From: Wolbachia endosymbiont of Ctenocephalides orientis wCori
Lineage (GTDB): Bacteria; Pseudomonadota; Alphaproteobacteria; Rickettsiales; Anaplasmataceae
Assembly: GCA_028571345.1 (NCBI GenBank)
Contig: CP116769.1
Location: 1,103,486-1,135,485 of the forward strand
Direction: 5' to 3'
Length of the DNA: 32,000 bases
This document shows, piece by piece, positions 9,427 through 19,000 of the stretch. Every line of letters begins with the position of its first letter. The first letter of the stretch is position 1. Both the position numbers and the translations under genes were made by a program. The notes under the pieces are model-generated. The model made no database searches and was not told the DNA's origin. It saw only the letters and a program-made list of their open reading frames with translations.

Positions 9427-9765
9427 TTAGGCCTTGCTTCTTATTGTAATCTCAAAGTTCTCATTATCAACAACTGTACTCACGAACAAAGAACCATCCT
9501 TTTGAGTTGTGAATTCTAGACCTTTAAGTTCTTTTTTCCCTAATTCTTTATCATTTTCTTTCAGAGTAATGCCAATATCGAACGTGGCAATATTTAGTTT
9601 TACCAAAGCTTCTTTTTCACCGGATGATCTTAAAGTAAGTTCATCTTTTCCTCGCATTAAATCATAAATATTAACTTCTCCCTTATAAATTTCACAATTA
9701 TTATTGGCATCATAATGTGTACTTTCAATACAAAGAATATCATCAAACATAAACATATAAAACAC
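9427..9765 (-). CDS. Hypothetical protein (112 aa), no recognisable family
   Basis: Clean ORF filling the gap between ftsI and grpE, with coding-like composition. No signal peptide or TM helix seen. The start could be at one of the Met codons at residues 1, 4 or 6. Confidence 0.5.
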   Translation of the reverse strand: MFYMFMFDDILCIESTHYDANNNCEIYKGEVNIYDLMRGKDELTLRSSGEKEALVKLNIATFDIGITLKENDKELGKKELKGLEFTTQKDGSLFVSTVVDNENFEITIRSKA

Positions 9766-9907
9766 TCCTAATATTTATTATTTAAATAATTACATATACA
9801 ATTTAAGTATATATACAACTATATTACAATAAAAAATGTTAAATGCAACATTAACTATGAGGAATAATAGCTGCTAAACAAGCAAATTAATAGCTTACCC
9901 ACAATTT

Positions 9908-10483
9908 CTATGACTCCAATTTTGGTGATTTTTTAGAAATAATCACCATTGCAGGGCGAAGCAATCGACCTTTAATCGTATAACCGGTTTGTAGTACTTC
10001 TACTATGGTACCTGGCTCTTTTTCATTATCTTCCACTTCCATAACAGCTTGGTGCAAATTACTATCAAAAGGCTTATCAAGCGATTCTATTTCTTCTATT
10101 CCATGTTTTTTGAGGTCATTAATAATTTTTTGATGAGCTACTTTTATCCCTTCATGTACTGGATCATCGTCTTTTAAATTTTCTATTACTTTTCTTAAAT
10201 TATCGCATGAGTCTATCATATCACGCGCGAATTTTGTTATCGCATAGTCACCCGCGTCACTAATTTGCTTGTGCATTATACGTTTAACGTTTTCATTATC
10301 CGCAACAGCACGACGTAAATGGTCTTCAAGTTGAGCTGCACGTTCCTTTAATATATTTAAATCATCATTTAAATCACTAGCTTGCTCATCATTGTTATTT
10401 GGTTGTGCTTCACCCTTGTTTCTATTCACCATGTCGGCAAATTTCCTCTTTTCTTTGTTGTCTGACATATCATTACCATTCAA
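9908..10483 (-). CDS. grpE: Nucleotide exchange factor GrpE
   Basis: Acidic N-terminus, a coiled coil, then FDSNLHQAVMEVE...GTIVEVLQTGYTIKGRLLRPAMVIISK, a typical GrpE C-terminal beta domain. Confidence 0.9.
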   Translation of the reverse strand: MNGNDMSDNKEKRKFADMVNRNKGEAQPNNNDEQASDLNDDLNILKERAAQLEDHLRRAVADNENVKRIMHKQISDAGDYAITKFARDMIDSCDNLRKVIENLKDDDPVHEGIKVAHQKIINDLKKHGIEEIESLDKPFDSNLHQAVMEVEDNEKEPGTIVEVLQTGYTIKGRLLRPAMVIISKKSPKLES

Positions 10484-10530
10484 GAATCTAATAAATATAT
10501 AACAATTAATCTGAAAATATCAAGCATTAG

Positions 10531-11547
10531 CTACGTTTGTCTTTCCACACTCGCATTTATAAAATTAATCAAAATAGTTTTATAAAGAGAATCAGGAAAG
10601 GTGCTTAAGTTTTCCTGCGCAGCATTGATATAGTACTTCGCTTCTTCCGCGGAAAGTTGAATGGCATTATGGCTTTTAATGTACTGTAATGCTTTATCAA
10701 AACTACCTTGGGTATCAGTAGAGGAAAAACATTCCTTCCAAAATTCCTTTTCTTCTGTGCTGCCTTTTTCGTATGCTATAATAGCAGGTAAAGTAACCTT
10801 TTTCTCAAAAAAATCCTTTCCTACTTGCTTTCCAGAAGCGCCACGCTCAGCAGTGTAATCAAGCACATCATCTATGATTTGAAATGCCATACCAAAATTA
10901 AAGCCAAAATCTTTCAGTTTTTTTACTTCATCATTTATTGCACCAGATATTATAGACGCAGCTTCGCAACACGCAGAAAACAATGATGCTGTTTTTTCCT
11001 TAATAATGCTAAAATAGCTTTTTCTCATTGTGTCTGGATCAAAGGATATTGTCATTTGGATTATCTCACCTTGAACAAGCGAGCGCGATGCCCCTGATAA
11101 AATAGATAGAATATACAAGTTTCCACACTCTATTAGCCATCTAAATGCCATAGTCAATAATAGATCACCAACTAAAATGCTGGATTTATTCCCCCAAACT
11201 CTATTTGCTGCTTTAACTCCATGACGTGTTTCACTTTCATCCAGTACATCATCGTGGAGTAGTGTTGCATTGTGTATAAACTCTACTGCTGCAGCGATCT
11301 TGTTTCGGTCTTCACCTGAATAGTTTAGTATTTTACATATAATAAAGACCAGCTTAGGCCTTATTTTTTTTCCACCTGATTTAATAAGATGGGAGATTAC
11401 TTCAGTAGCAAGCGTATTATACTTATGATCAACACCTTTAAAGATTTTATCTTGAAAGATTAAGATTTCCATATCTAACAAATCAGAAGATACAACCTCA
11501 CCTAGCTTATCTTTTGAATTCATTAAGCCACCGCTGCTATTTGGCAT
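10531..11547 (-). CDS. ispB: Octaprenyl/polyprenyl diphosphate synthase
   Basis: Two aspartate-rich motifs, LLHDDVLDES and QIIDDVLDY. The length is typical of long-chain trans-prenyltransferases. Confidence 0.85.
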   Translation of the reverse strand: MPNSSGGLMNSKDKLGEVVSSDLLDMEILIFQDKIFKGVDHKYNTLATEVISHLIKSGGKKIRPKLVFIICKILNYSGEDRNKIAAAVEFIHNATLLHDDVLDESETRHGVKAANRVWGNKSSILVGDLLLTMAFRWLIECGNLYILSILSGASRSLVQGEIIQMTISFDPDTMRKSYFSIIKEKTASLFSACCEAASIISGAINDEVKKLKDFGFNFGMAFQIIDDVLDYTAERGASGKQVGKDFFEKKVTLPAIIAYEKGSTEEKEFWKECFSSTDTQGSFDKALQYIKSHNAIQLSAEEAKYYINAAQENLSTFPDSLYKTILINFINASVERQT

Positions 11548-11557
11548 TGAAAGAGAT

Positions 11558-11848
11558 TTATGCCTCTTGTTCTTTGATTTTCTTTTCTTCTGCCTCTAGA
11601 GTGATCACGCCTTTTTTGATGAACCACAGAACTCTTTCTGTTGCCTTTGCACCCACACTCAACCAATATTGTAATCTATCAGTTTTGACGACAACACGAT
11701 TTTTACTATCCTTTGGCAACATTGGGTCATACTGCCCTATTCTTTCAATAAAACGCCCATCCCGTGGTGAACGTGAATCAGCTACAACTACCCTATAAAA
11801 AGGACGTTTTTTTGCTCCAAATCTCGCCAATCTTATTTTAACTGTCAT
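11558..11848 (-). CDS. rpsP: 30S ribosomal protein S16
   Basis: [42 protein letters not shown] is the canonical S16 sequence. Confidence 0.95.
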   Translation of the reverse strand: MTVKIRLARFGAKKRPFYRVVVADSRSPRDGRFIERIGQYDPMLPKDSKNRVVVKTDRLQYWLSVGAKATERVLWFIKKGVITLEAEEKKIKEQEA

Positions 11849-11981
11849 CTTAACCTTATTTATAATTAATTTATAATAATTTTATACAGTAATTAATTTT
11901 AGTCAAACAAAAATCTTGTTAGCTTCAAATAATAAGCCTATTGAAATATAGCAACAATTATGTTAGTTAGAAAACATAATT

Positions 11982-12653
11982 TTGTTAAATATAGCTATGG
12001 AAAAAAGTGAGAAACTTGTTGAAAATAAAAAATTAGCTTCTGATGTTCTAAAAGAGATTGCAGATACGAATAATAACGATAGTGATAAAGTAACTTTATT
12101 TGATATTAAAACGGCTCTACATGAGCGCGGTTTTGGTATTTTGATAATAATCTTTTCATTACCCTTGTCAGTACCAATACCTGTTCCACCTGGATATACA
12201 ACTCTATTTTCCATACCTTTAATTCTATTTTCACTGCAGCTTTTATTTGGTTTTGATTCTCCTTGGCTACCACATTGGCTGGAAAGAAAATCTTTTCAAC
12301 GTTCAACGTTAGCTTTCGTGGTAGAAAAAACTTCTCCTATGCTTAAAAAAATAGAAAAATTCATGAAGCCCAGAATGTCTTTTATTTTTTATGGACCTAG
12401 TGAGAAAATTTTAGCTTTTATAATGCTACTTTCTGCGCTTTCAATAGCTCTTCCATTACCCCTTACTAACTTCGTCCCTGCAATAGGTACAACTCTTATT
12501 TCGCTTGGTATTATGAGCAAAGACGGGCTTCTATCTATACTTGGAGTTCTAGTCTCATTATGTGGATTGTTACTTACTCTTGTGATAATAATCAAAGGAC
12601 CACAACTTATAATTGGAGCATTTTCTTTTCTAAAAAGCTTTATATATGATTAA
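11982..12653 (+). CDS. ExoD-family membrane protein
   Basis: LHERGFGILIIIFSLPLSVPIPVPPGYTT...SPWLPHWL...ALPLPLTNFVPA...SKDG matches the ExoD (exopolysaccharide synthesis) family pattern. It overlaps cysS by 8 nt. Confidence 0.7.
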   Translation: MLNIAMEKSEKLVENKKLASDVLKEIADTNNNDSDKVTLFDIKTALHERGFGILIIIFSLPLSVPIPVPPGYTTLFSIPLILFSLQLLFGFDSPWLPHWLERKSFQRSTLAFVVEKTSPMLKKIEKFMKPRMSFIFYGPSEKILAFIMLLSALSIALPLPLTNFVPAIGTTLISLGIMSKDGLLSILGVLVSLCGLLLTLVIIIKGPQLIIGAFSFLKSFIYD

Positions 12654-14019
12654 GCTCTACAATACGTTAACAAAAAAAAAGGAGCTTTTTATACCAATAG
12701 ATAAAAACCATATAAAGATGTATGTTTGCGGTCCGACTGTGTATGATATTGCGCATATAGGTAATGCTCGTTCTGTTGTTGTTTATGACGTATTATTCAA
12801 GCTACTTAAATTTTGCTATAGCAAAGTAACTTATGTGCGCAATATAACTGACATTGATGATAAAATAATCAACGCAGCAAGTAATAAGAATAGCAACATA
12901 GAAAGTATCACTACATATTACACTAAAGCTTTTCACGATGATATGAGAAGCATAAATTGCGAAGACCCAACACATGAACCAAGAGCAACAGAAAATATAG
13001 ACTGCATAATCGAGTTAATTGACCATTTAATGAAATCTGGTCACGCTTATGAAGCCAATAAACATGTATATTTTAGTGTAGAATCTTACCATGAGTATTG
13101 TGCTTTATCAGGAAAAAAAATCGGCGAGTTGGAGCATGGTAGCAGAATCGAAGTTGATGAAAATAAAAAGCGCCCAGGAGATTTTGTATTGTGGAAACCT
13201 GCAAGTGAAACCGATTATGCTCTCTCAAGCTATTGGAATAGTACCTGGGGAGAAGGAAGACCAGGATGGCATATAGAATGTTCAGCGATGGCATACGCTC
13301 ACCTTGGTAAAGATTTTGACGTCCATGGTGGCGGTATAGATTTGCAATTTCCTCATCATGAAAATGAAATTGCGCAGAGTAAATCTGCATTTGCCGGATC
13401 AATGTTTGCAAAATATTGGGTACACAATGGTTTTCTTACAGTAAATGAAGAAAAAATGAGTAAGTCTCTGTTTAATATAGTCAAAGTAAGGGATTTACTT
13501 GATCGCGGAATAAAAGGTGAGGTAATACGTTATGCATTGCTTAAAACCCATTACCGAAAGCCACTTGATTGGACAGAAAGTGTAATTTCTGAATCACAAG
13601 AAACCTTAAATAAATTTTATCGATTGCTACGTGGCGTAAATTTATCTCATATCGAAGAAAGTGATGCAGAGGTCTCTCAAGATTTTATAGATGCTTTAAA
13701 AAATGACTTAAATACTCCTGAAGCCCTGGTAATATTACATGAAATGGCTACAAAAATTAATAGAGCAACTAATGAGCGTGAAAAACTTAAATTGACTGAA
13801 AATTTCGTCAAGAGCGCTAGATTTATTGGCTTTCTTCAGTCAAGTTACCAAGAGTGGTTCACTGTTGATATAAGTGATCAAGAGATAGAACGGTTGCTGG
13901 AGCTAAGAAGAGCTGCAAAGCAAGACAAAAATTATGCTACTGCTGATGAAATAAGAGATCAGTTAAAAAAAATGGGAATTTCAATTTCTGATAATGAAGA
14001 CGGTACAACAACCTGGTAA
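12646..14019 (+). CDS. cysS: Cysteine--tRNA ligase
   Basis: Has MYVCGPTVYD, the HIGNAR (HIGH) motif and the KMSKS motif, plus the Zn-ligand context WHIECS. Confidence 0.95.
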   Translation: MIKLYNTLTKKKELFIPIDKNHIKMYVCGPTVYDIAHIGNARSVVVYDVLFKLLKFCYSKVTYVRNITDIDDKIINAASNKNSNIESITTYYTKAFHDDMRSINCEDPTHEPRATENIDCIIELIDHLMKSGHAYEANKHVYFSVESYHEYCALSGKKIGELEHGSRIEVDENKKRPGDFVLWKPASETDYALSSYWNSTWGEGRPGWHIECSAMAYAHLGKDFDVHGGGIDLQFPHHENEIAQSKSAFAGSMFAKYWVHNGFLTVNEEKMSKSLFNIVKVRDLLDRGIKGEVIRYALLKTHYRKPLDWTESVISESQETLNKFYRLLRGVNLSHIEESDAEVSQDFIDALKNDLNTPEALVILHEMATKINRATNEREKLKLTENFVKSARFIGFLQSSYQEWFTVDISDQEIERLLELRRAAKQDKNYATADEIRDQLKKMGISISDNEDGTTTW

Positions 14020-14024
14020 TTTAT

Positions 14025-14438
14025 ATGGAAAGTTATTTTCTGTTATTTACAGACAGTTTAGTATCATCATTAATTTTACCAATATACCAAGGATTTGTAT
14101 TTGAGGCTATGCTGTGTTTCAGGCAATATCACAACCAGCTTCTTATGTTACTTTTTGGCACACTGGGAGCAAGCTTTGGAGGAGTAATTAACTGGTATTT
14201 AGGTAAAATAACAATCTCTATAAGAAAATCGTATCGAAAACTAGACAACGAATATATAGTGCCAGAAATTATAAAAAATTTGCTCTTTCTTGCAGTGTTA
14301 TTATTTTCATGGGCACCAGCAGTGGGAAGTGTGATTCAAGTTTTATCCGGTTACTTTAGGTTAAAGCTATATATTTTTATACAATTAATTATTATTTCTA
14401 ATTTTCTCTATTGTTTGTACCTAATTAAGGTCAGTTAG
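14025..14438 (+). CDS. YqaA/DedA-like small inner-membrane protein
   Basis: 137 aa and polytopic. LGASFGGVINWYLGK and LLFSWAPAVGSVIQVLSGYFRL align with the E. coli YqaA pattern. Its 3' end overlaps convergent mlaF by 8 nt. Confidence 0.65.
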   Translation: MESYFLLFTDSLVSSLILPIYQGFVFEAMLCFRQYHNQLLMLLFGTLGASFGGVINWYLGKITISIRKSYRKLDNEYIVPEIIKNLLFLAVLLFSWAPAVGSVIQVLSGYFRLKLYIFIQLIIISNFLYCLYLIKVS

Positions 14439-15150
14439 ACGGCTTTTTATGCATACAATGAATAAATTGCTGTATGTATTTATTATTAGTGTTTTCTATC
14501 TCATTAACAGTACCGTGAAAGATAATATTCCCTTCATATAGAACTGCTATTTTGTCTGCTATTTTAAATGCGCTATAAATATCATGTGTGATTGTGATGA
14601 TTGTAGGGTTCAAATCATTAGATAGTTTTATTATTATATCATTTACTATGTCTGACATAATAGGATCAAGCCCTGAAGTTGGTTCATCCAATATAATAAT
14701 TTCTGGATTGTGTGCTATTGCCCTTGCAAGTGCTACTCTTTTCTTCATCCCACCTGAAAGTTCTACTGGAAAAATAGTTGCTATGTTTTCTTCTAACCCT
14801 ACGTCATTTAGTTTTTCCATCGCTAACTGTTTTGCTTCAGCTTTGTTAATATTGAAACGCTTTTTATAATTAAAGGATATATTCTCCCAAACTGTAATAT
14901 TGTCAAATAAAGCAGAATTTTGAAATAACACTCCAAACTTGTTTTTCTTTTTGCTATTGATTTTTATGGAGCCTGAATCTGGTGCCAGCAAACCAATAAT
15001 CGCTTTTGTTAACACGGATTTGCCACTTCCGGAACCACCAAGTATAACCAAAGATTCTCCTTTGATTATATCAAAACTTAAGTTGTTTAGTATTACCTTG
15101 TCGTTAAAAGACAAGTTTAGATTTGATATTGATATTGCGGGACTATGCAT
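14431..15150 (-). CDS. mlaF: ABC transporter ATP-binding protein, MlaF-like (lipid asymmetry maintenance)
   Basis: Walker A GGSGSGKS, signature LSGGMKKRV and Walker B IIILDEPTSGLDP. It is translationally coupled to an MlaE-type permease. Confidence 0.75.
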   Translation of the reverse strand: MHSPAISISNLNLSFNDKVILNNLSFDIIKGESLVILGGSGSGKSVLTKAIIGLLAPDSGSIKINSKKKNKFGVLFQNSALFDNITVWENISFNYKKRFNINKAEAKQLAMEKLNDVGLEENIATIFPVELSGGMKKRVALARAIAHNPEIIILDEPTSGLDPIMSDIVNDIIIKLSNDLNPTIITITHDIYSAFKIADKIAVLYEGNIIFHGTVNEIENTNNKYIQQFIHCMHKKPSN

Positions 15151-15925
15151 AGATCAAGGTAATCAAGTAATTTATCAAAATAATCATTAAGGATGATACA
15201 ACAACAGTTGATGTTGTTGCTACTCCAACCCCCCGTGCACCTTCTCTACAATAGTAGCCATAGTAACAACTTGATATAGAAATTATAGTACCAAATGCAG
15301 TCGCTTTTACCAAGCCAGTTATAAAGTCATTCGTGTTAAAAAATTGAGCTGTATGTTTGATGTATATATTAAAATTATGATTGAATTCAAAAACTGCAGT
15401 GACGCATCCTCCAAATAATCCTATAAGATCAGCGCATATTATAAGTACTGGAAATACTGTGATGGATGCTAAAATTCTTGGTGCAATTAAATATTTAAAT
15501 GGATTAACATTTAAAGTTGTTAGCGCATCTATTTGCTCAGTGATACGCATTGTGCCAATTTCTGCTGCAATTGATGACCCCACTTTTCCTACCATTATTA
15601 AACTAATTAAAACTGGTCCTAACTCTTTAATGATGGTAACTGTAACAATTTTAGGTATTATCTGCTCCTGATTAACCAGTGGGCCACTTAGACTGCTTTG
15701 CAAAACTATAACTGCCCCTATGAAGACTCCTGCTAATCCAACAATTGGTAGGGAGAAAAAACCTATTTCTATAATTTGCCTTGCTACATTACTGAAATAG
15801 TATGGTGGTATAAAGCAATTGTAGATAGACTGAATGAAAAACACAAAGGCGTTACCAAATCTCAATAAAAAGTTGATAAAGCATCGACCAATTAGTCTGA
15901 TACTACTTATATTAAAAAAATTCAC
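15143..15925 (-). CDS. mlaE: ABC transporter permease, MlaE-like
   Basis: 260-aa polytopic protein. Its layout (QIIEIGFFSLPIV..., EIGTMRITEQIDAL) is typical of the MlaE/Ttg2B family. It overlaps mlaF by 8 nt. Confidence 0.75.
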   Translation of the reverse strand: MNFFNISSIRLIGRCFINFLLRFGNAFVFFIQSIYNCFIPPYYFSNVARQIIEIGFFSLPIVGLAGVFIGAVIVLQSSLSGPLVNQEQIIPKIVTVTIIKELGPVLISLIMVGKVGSSIAAEIGTMRITEQIDALTTLNVNPFKYLIAPRILASITVFPVLIICADLIGLFGGCVTAVFEFNHNFNIYIKHTAQFFNTNDFITGLVKATAFGTIISISSCYYGYYCREGARGVGVATTSTVVVSSLMIILINYLITLIYA

Positions 15926-16074
15926 TTTAATTTATCACGCTCAGAAATTAGTTTTACTTAATGTATTAAAATTTTTATTAACTTAGCTGCGGAGTATAAC
16001 TTAGACCCGCTTTAAATTCAATATATAACTAAGTGTTTATAACTCATAAAATAGACCATGAAACTGTAGTGTAT

Positions 16075-19000
16075 TCATATCCCTCTTTCACAACTCTGTT
16101 TTTCCACAACTTTTTCTACTGAAACTGAATTTAGCCAGCTGTCATTTTGATTTGGAGCTTTTACGACCCAGTCCATTGCATTAACTGCATTTGTTTCTTC
16201 TGCTGTCTTCTTACTGTCTTTATAAGGTAAGTTGTGAAAGCCCCCTTGATCAATAGCTTCATAAACACAAAGTCCCCCTAGCATACAATTTTCTCCTATT
16301 TTTTCTCCAATATTTTTTAACCTATTGAATTTATCTTGATCAAATACCTCTACTGTTACTTTTCCTCTATTGTTCGCATTAGGACGCAGCCTAACTTTTA
16401 ATTCTCCCAAACTAGTAGAAAATGTTAGCGTTATATCACTATTATCCGAAAGATCAGTGTAGTTTCTGACACCATCCTTTATTTCAACACTTACTTCACT
16501 TTCACCAATTTTTACTACATTCTGACTAAATATTACATTTCCTTCTTTAAATCCTATTTTTTTTGCTTCTTCTGCAATCTTTGCAACATTTACTAAACTA
16601 CTTTCTGAGTATTTGATGTAGCAAGTGGTATTATCGATTTTTAACTCTTCTAATGATCCTTCTTCATTTACTGCCTCTTCTGCAGCCTTTTTCAAGCTAT
16701 TATAGTATTCCTTAAACTCTGTCTCAGCTTTTGCAATATCCTTATTATAATCCCTATATACATATTCTAATCCCCAAAATTTGTCTTTATCAGAGATATA
16801 TCCTCCTTTTGATATCAATTTACAAATCATGCTAGCAACAACTTCGTCACCCTCTTTTTTGCCTATTTCCAAGGAACCTACTTTATCAACTATTGCACTT
16901 GTAAATGTTTGATGATTTCTTCCAGCAGAATTTATCGTAACTCCACTTTTTAATGCCTGATCTACAATCTCAGCTAACTTACTCATGCTGCTCGCTTCAG
17001 ATACCTTGAAAAGAAATTTATCAAGTTTTTCTTTCTGATTTTGAAGCAGCTCAAAGGTACCTTTCAATTCACCACTAGTCCAATTAGATCTACTCCCATC
17101 ATCACTTTCATCCCACACTTCGAGTTTATATGATTTTTTCGGTTCACCAGAAAGGTCAGAAAAAAGGTCAGGTTCTGTAACATAAGAGCCTATTTCACTA
17201 TAAAAACTGTCATAAAAAATAGGAGCTCTTGCTTCCTTATTTTCAATCGGAGCATTTGGCAATTTTGTACCCTTTCTGCTTTCTATTTCATCTTGTAATA
17301 TTTGGATTATTTCTCCGCTTCTCCAAGTAGACCATTCGTCAATACCTTCAGGCATTATTAAAAACGCAAGATCGGAAACAGATGCTAGATCCTTTACAAT
17401 CTTGAGCCTCTCTCTTTTAGTTTCATTCCAGTTGTTTTCTAATGCGCGTTTAATTGCAATATGTAATGGTGAACAACCTCTACCATCTTCGCTAGCATCT
17501 AGGCTACCATTTTGGATATTAGTATAAGTTTTCAAAGAATCACCGGAGAATTCCCTTTCTTTTCCTATATCTTCGATTGTAGAGCTTGAAAGCTTGCCAC
17601 ATCTCAGATTAAGATCTGCTTTTTTATCTATAAAGAATTTGATCTGACTATGACTTCCATATTTAGCTGCAATATGAATTGGTGCTACTCCATTCTTGTT
17701 TGGTGCATTAATATCTACACCATGCTGTACAAGAAAATTTAGTATTTCTTCGCCACAACCCCACTTTATTGCGTGATGAAGGAGTGTATTGCCTTTATTG
17801 TCTTTTAATTGGAGAAGATGTTTGGCTTTTAAGTCAATTTCTTGAATATGTGCACCTTCTCTATCATTTACTTTTACTTCATGTAAAAGAGCTTTAAGCA
17901 AATCAAGGCTCCTATTCTTAACTGCAAAATGCAATGATGTAAAGCCTTCCTTGTTGATTACATCAATTTTTGCTCCTTCATCAAGTAGCCGATTCACTAC
18001 GTTAATCTTTCCACTTTCAGCAGCATAAAATAGAGGAGTATTGCCATTTTTATCTTTAGCATTAATGTATTCCTCTCTTGCGTAATCTAATTTTTTTCCC
18101 CTTAAACCTGGATCTTTAACGCCATCCCGATCCAATTTGATATTGATTATCCGTATGCATTCCCCCACAAGAGAACCAATTATAGCAGTAATGTTTGCGT
18201 CGGGAGTTTCAATACTTCTATAATCAAAACCATTTTCGCGCGACTCATCACTACTGTTGTTCTCAATGCTTAGGTTATTTAAGGCAGCAAGATGTAAAGG
18301 GCTACGCTTTGCATGATCTAAATCAAAAGGATTTATTTTGTGCAGAAGTAAGTCAACTGTACTACTGCGTCCACAAAGCGCAGCTTTATGTAACACACTC
18401 ATCCCTTCTGCGTTTTTTATATTTAAGTCAACTTTTTCATCTGTTATCATTAATTCTGCAATTCTGCCACTATCTCTTTCGGCTTCAACAGCATCAAAAA
18501 TTGGTGTCTCTCCTGTATCTTGGTGTACAATATTAACATTCGTCGTGCCTGCTTTTACAAGTGATTCAGCAGAATGAGTATCTCCGTGCGCAATTGCATA
18601 ATGAAGTGGAGTATTACCTCGCTCATCTACAATATTAGGATTAGCTTTATTACTAAGAATAAGAACATCAATGCTTTCTGAGCAACCATATTCAGCAGCA
18701 TAATGCATAGGAGTTTTACCTTCTGTATCTTGTATACTTGGATCTGCTCCTGCTTTTAAGAGTAAATCTACAACTTCAGCATCATACTTTACAATATCGT
18801 GTAATACCGTTGATCCAAACTGCCCTGTTTGAAGGTTGAGAATACATTTCAGATCTTTATTACCTTCGTGACGTTTTAAGAATTCTCTAATATCAGTAAC
18901 ATTTTCATCGTCAGTGTAATATTCATGAAATTTTTCATGTTCACGACTTCGTGACCAGAAATTTGCATGCTCAAGTAGATTATCCAGCTCCTTCTTTAAT

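Noticed and set aside
10496-10523. Sigma70-like TTGATA-N16-TATATA on the minus strand just upstream of grpE
   Set aside because: Hexamers like these occur by chance at high frequency in AT-rich DNA. The -10 box would lie only ~12 nt from the annotated ATG, leaving no room for a ribosome-binding site. It is not supportable without 5'-end mapping.
11514-11798. 94-aa plus-strand ORF overlapping rpsP and the ispB 5' end
   Set aside because: It is antisense to the unmistakable S16 gene and has no recognisable features.
18195-18577. Plus-strand ORFs (113 aa and 79 aa) inside the ankyrin gene
   Set aside because: They are antisense to the clear ANK-repeat reading frame, and repeat DNA commonly keeps the opposite strand open.
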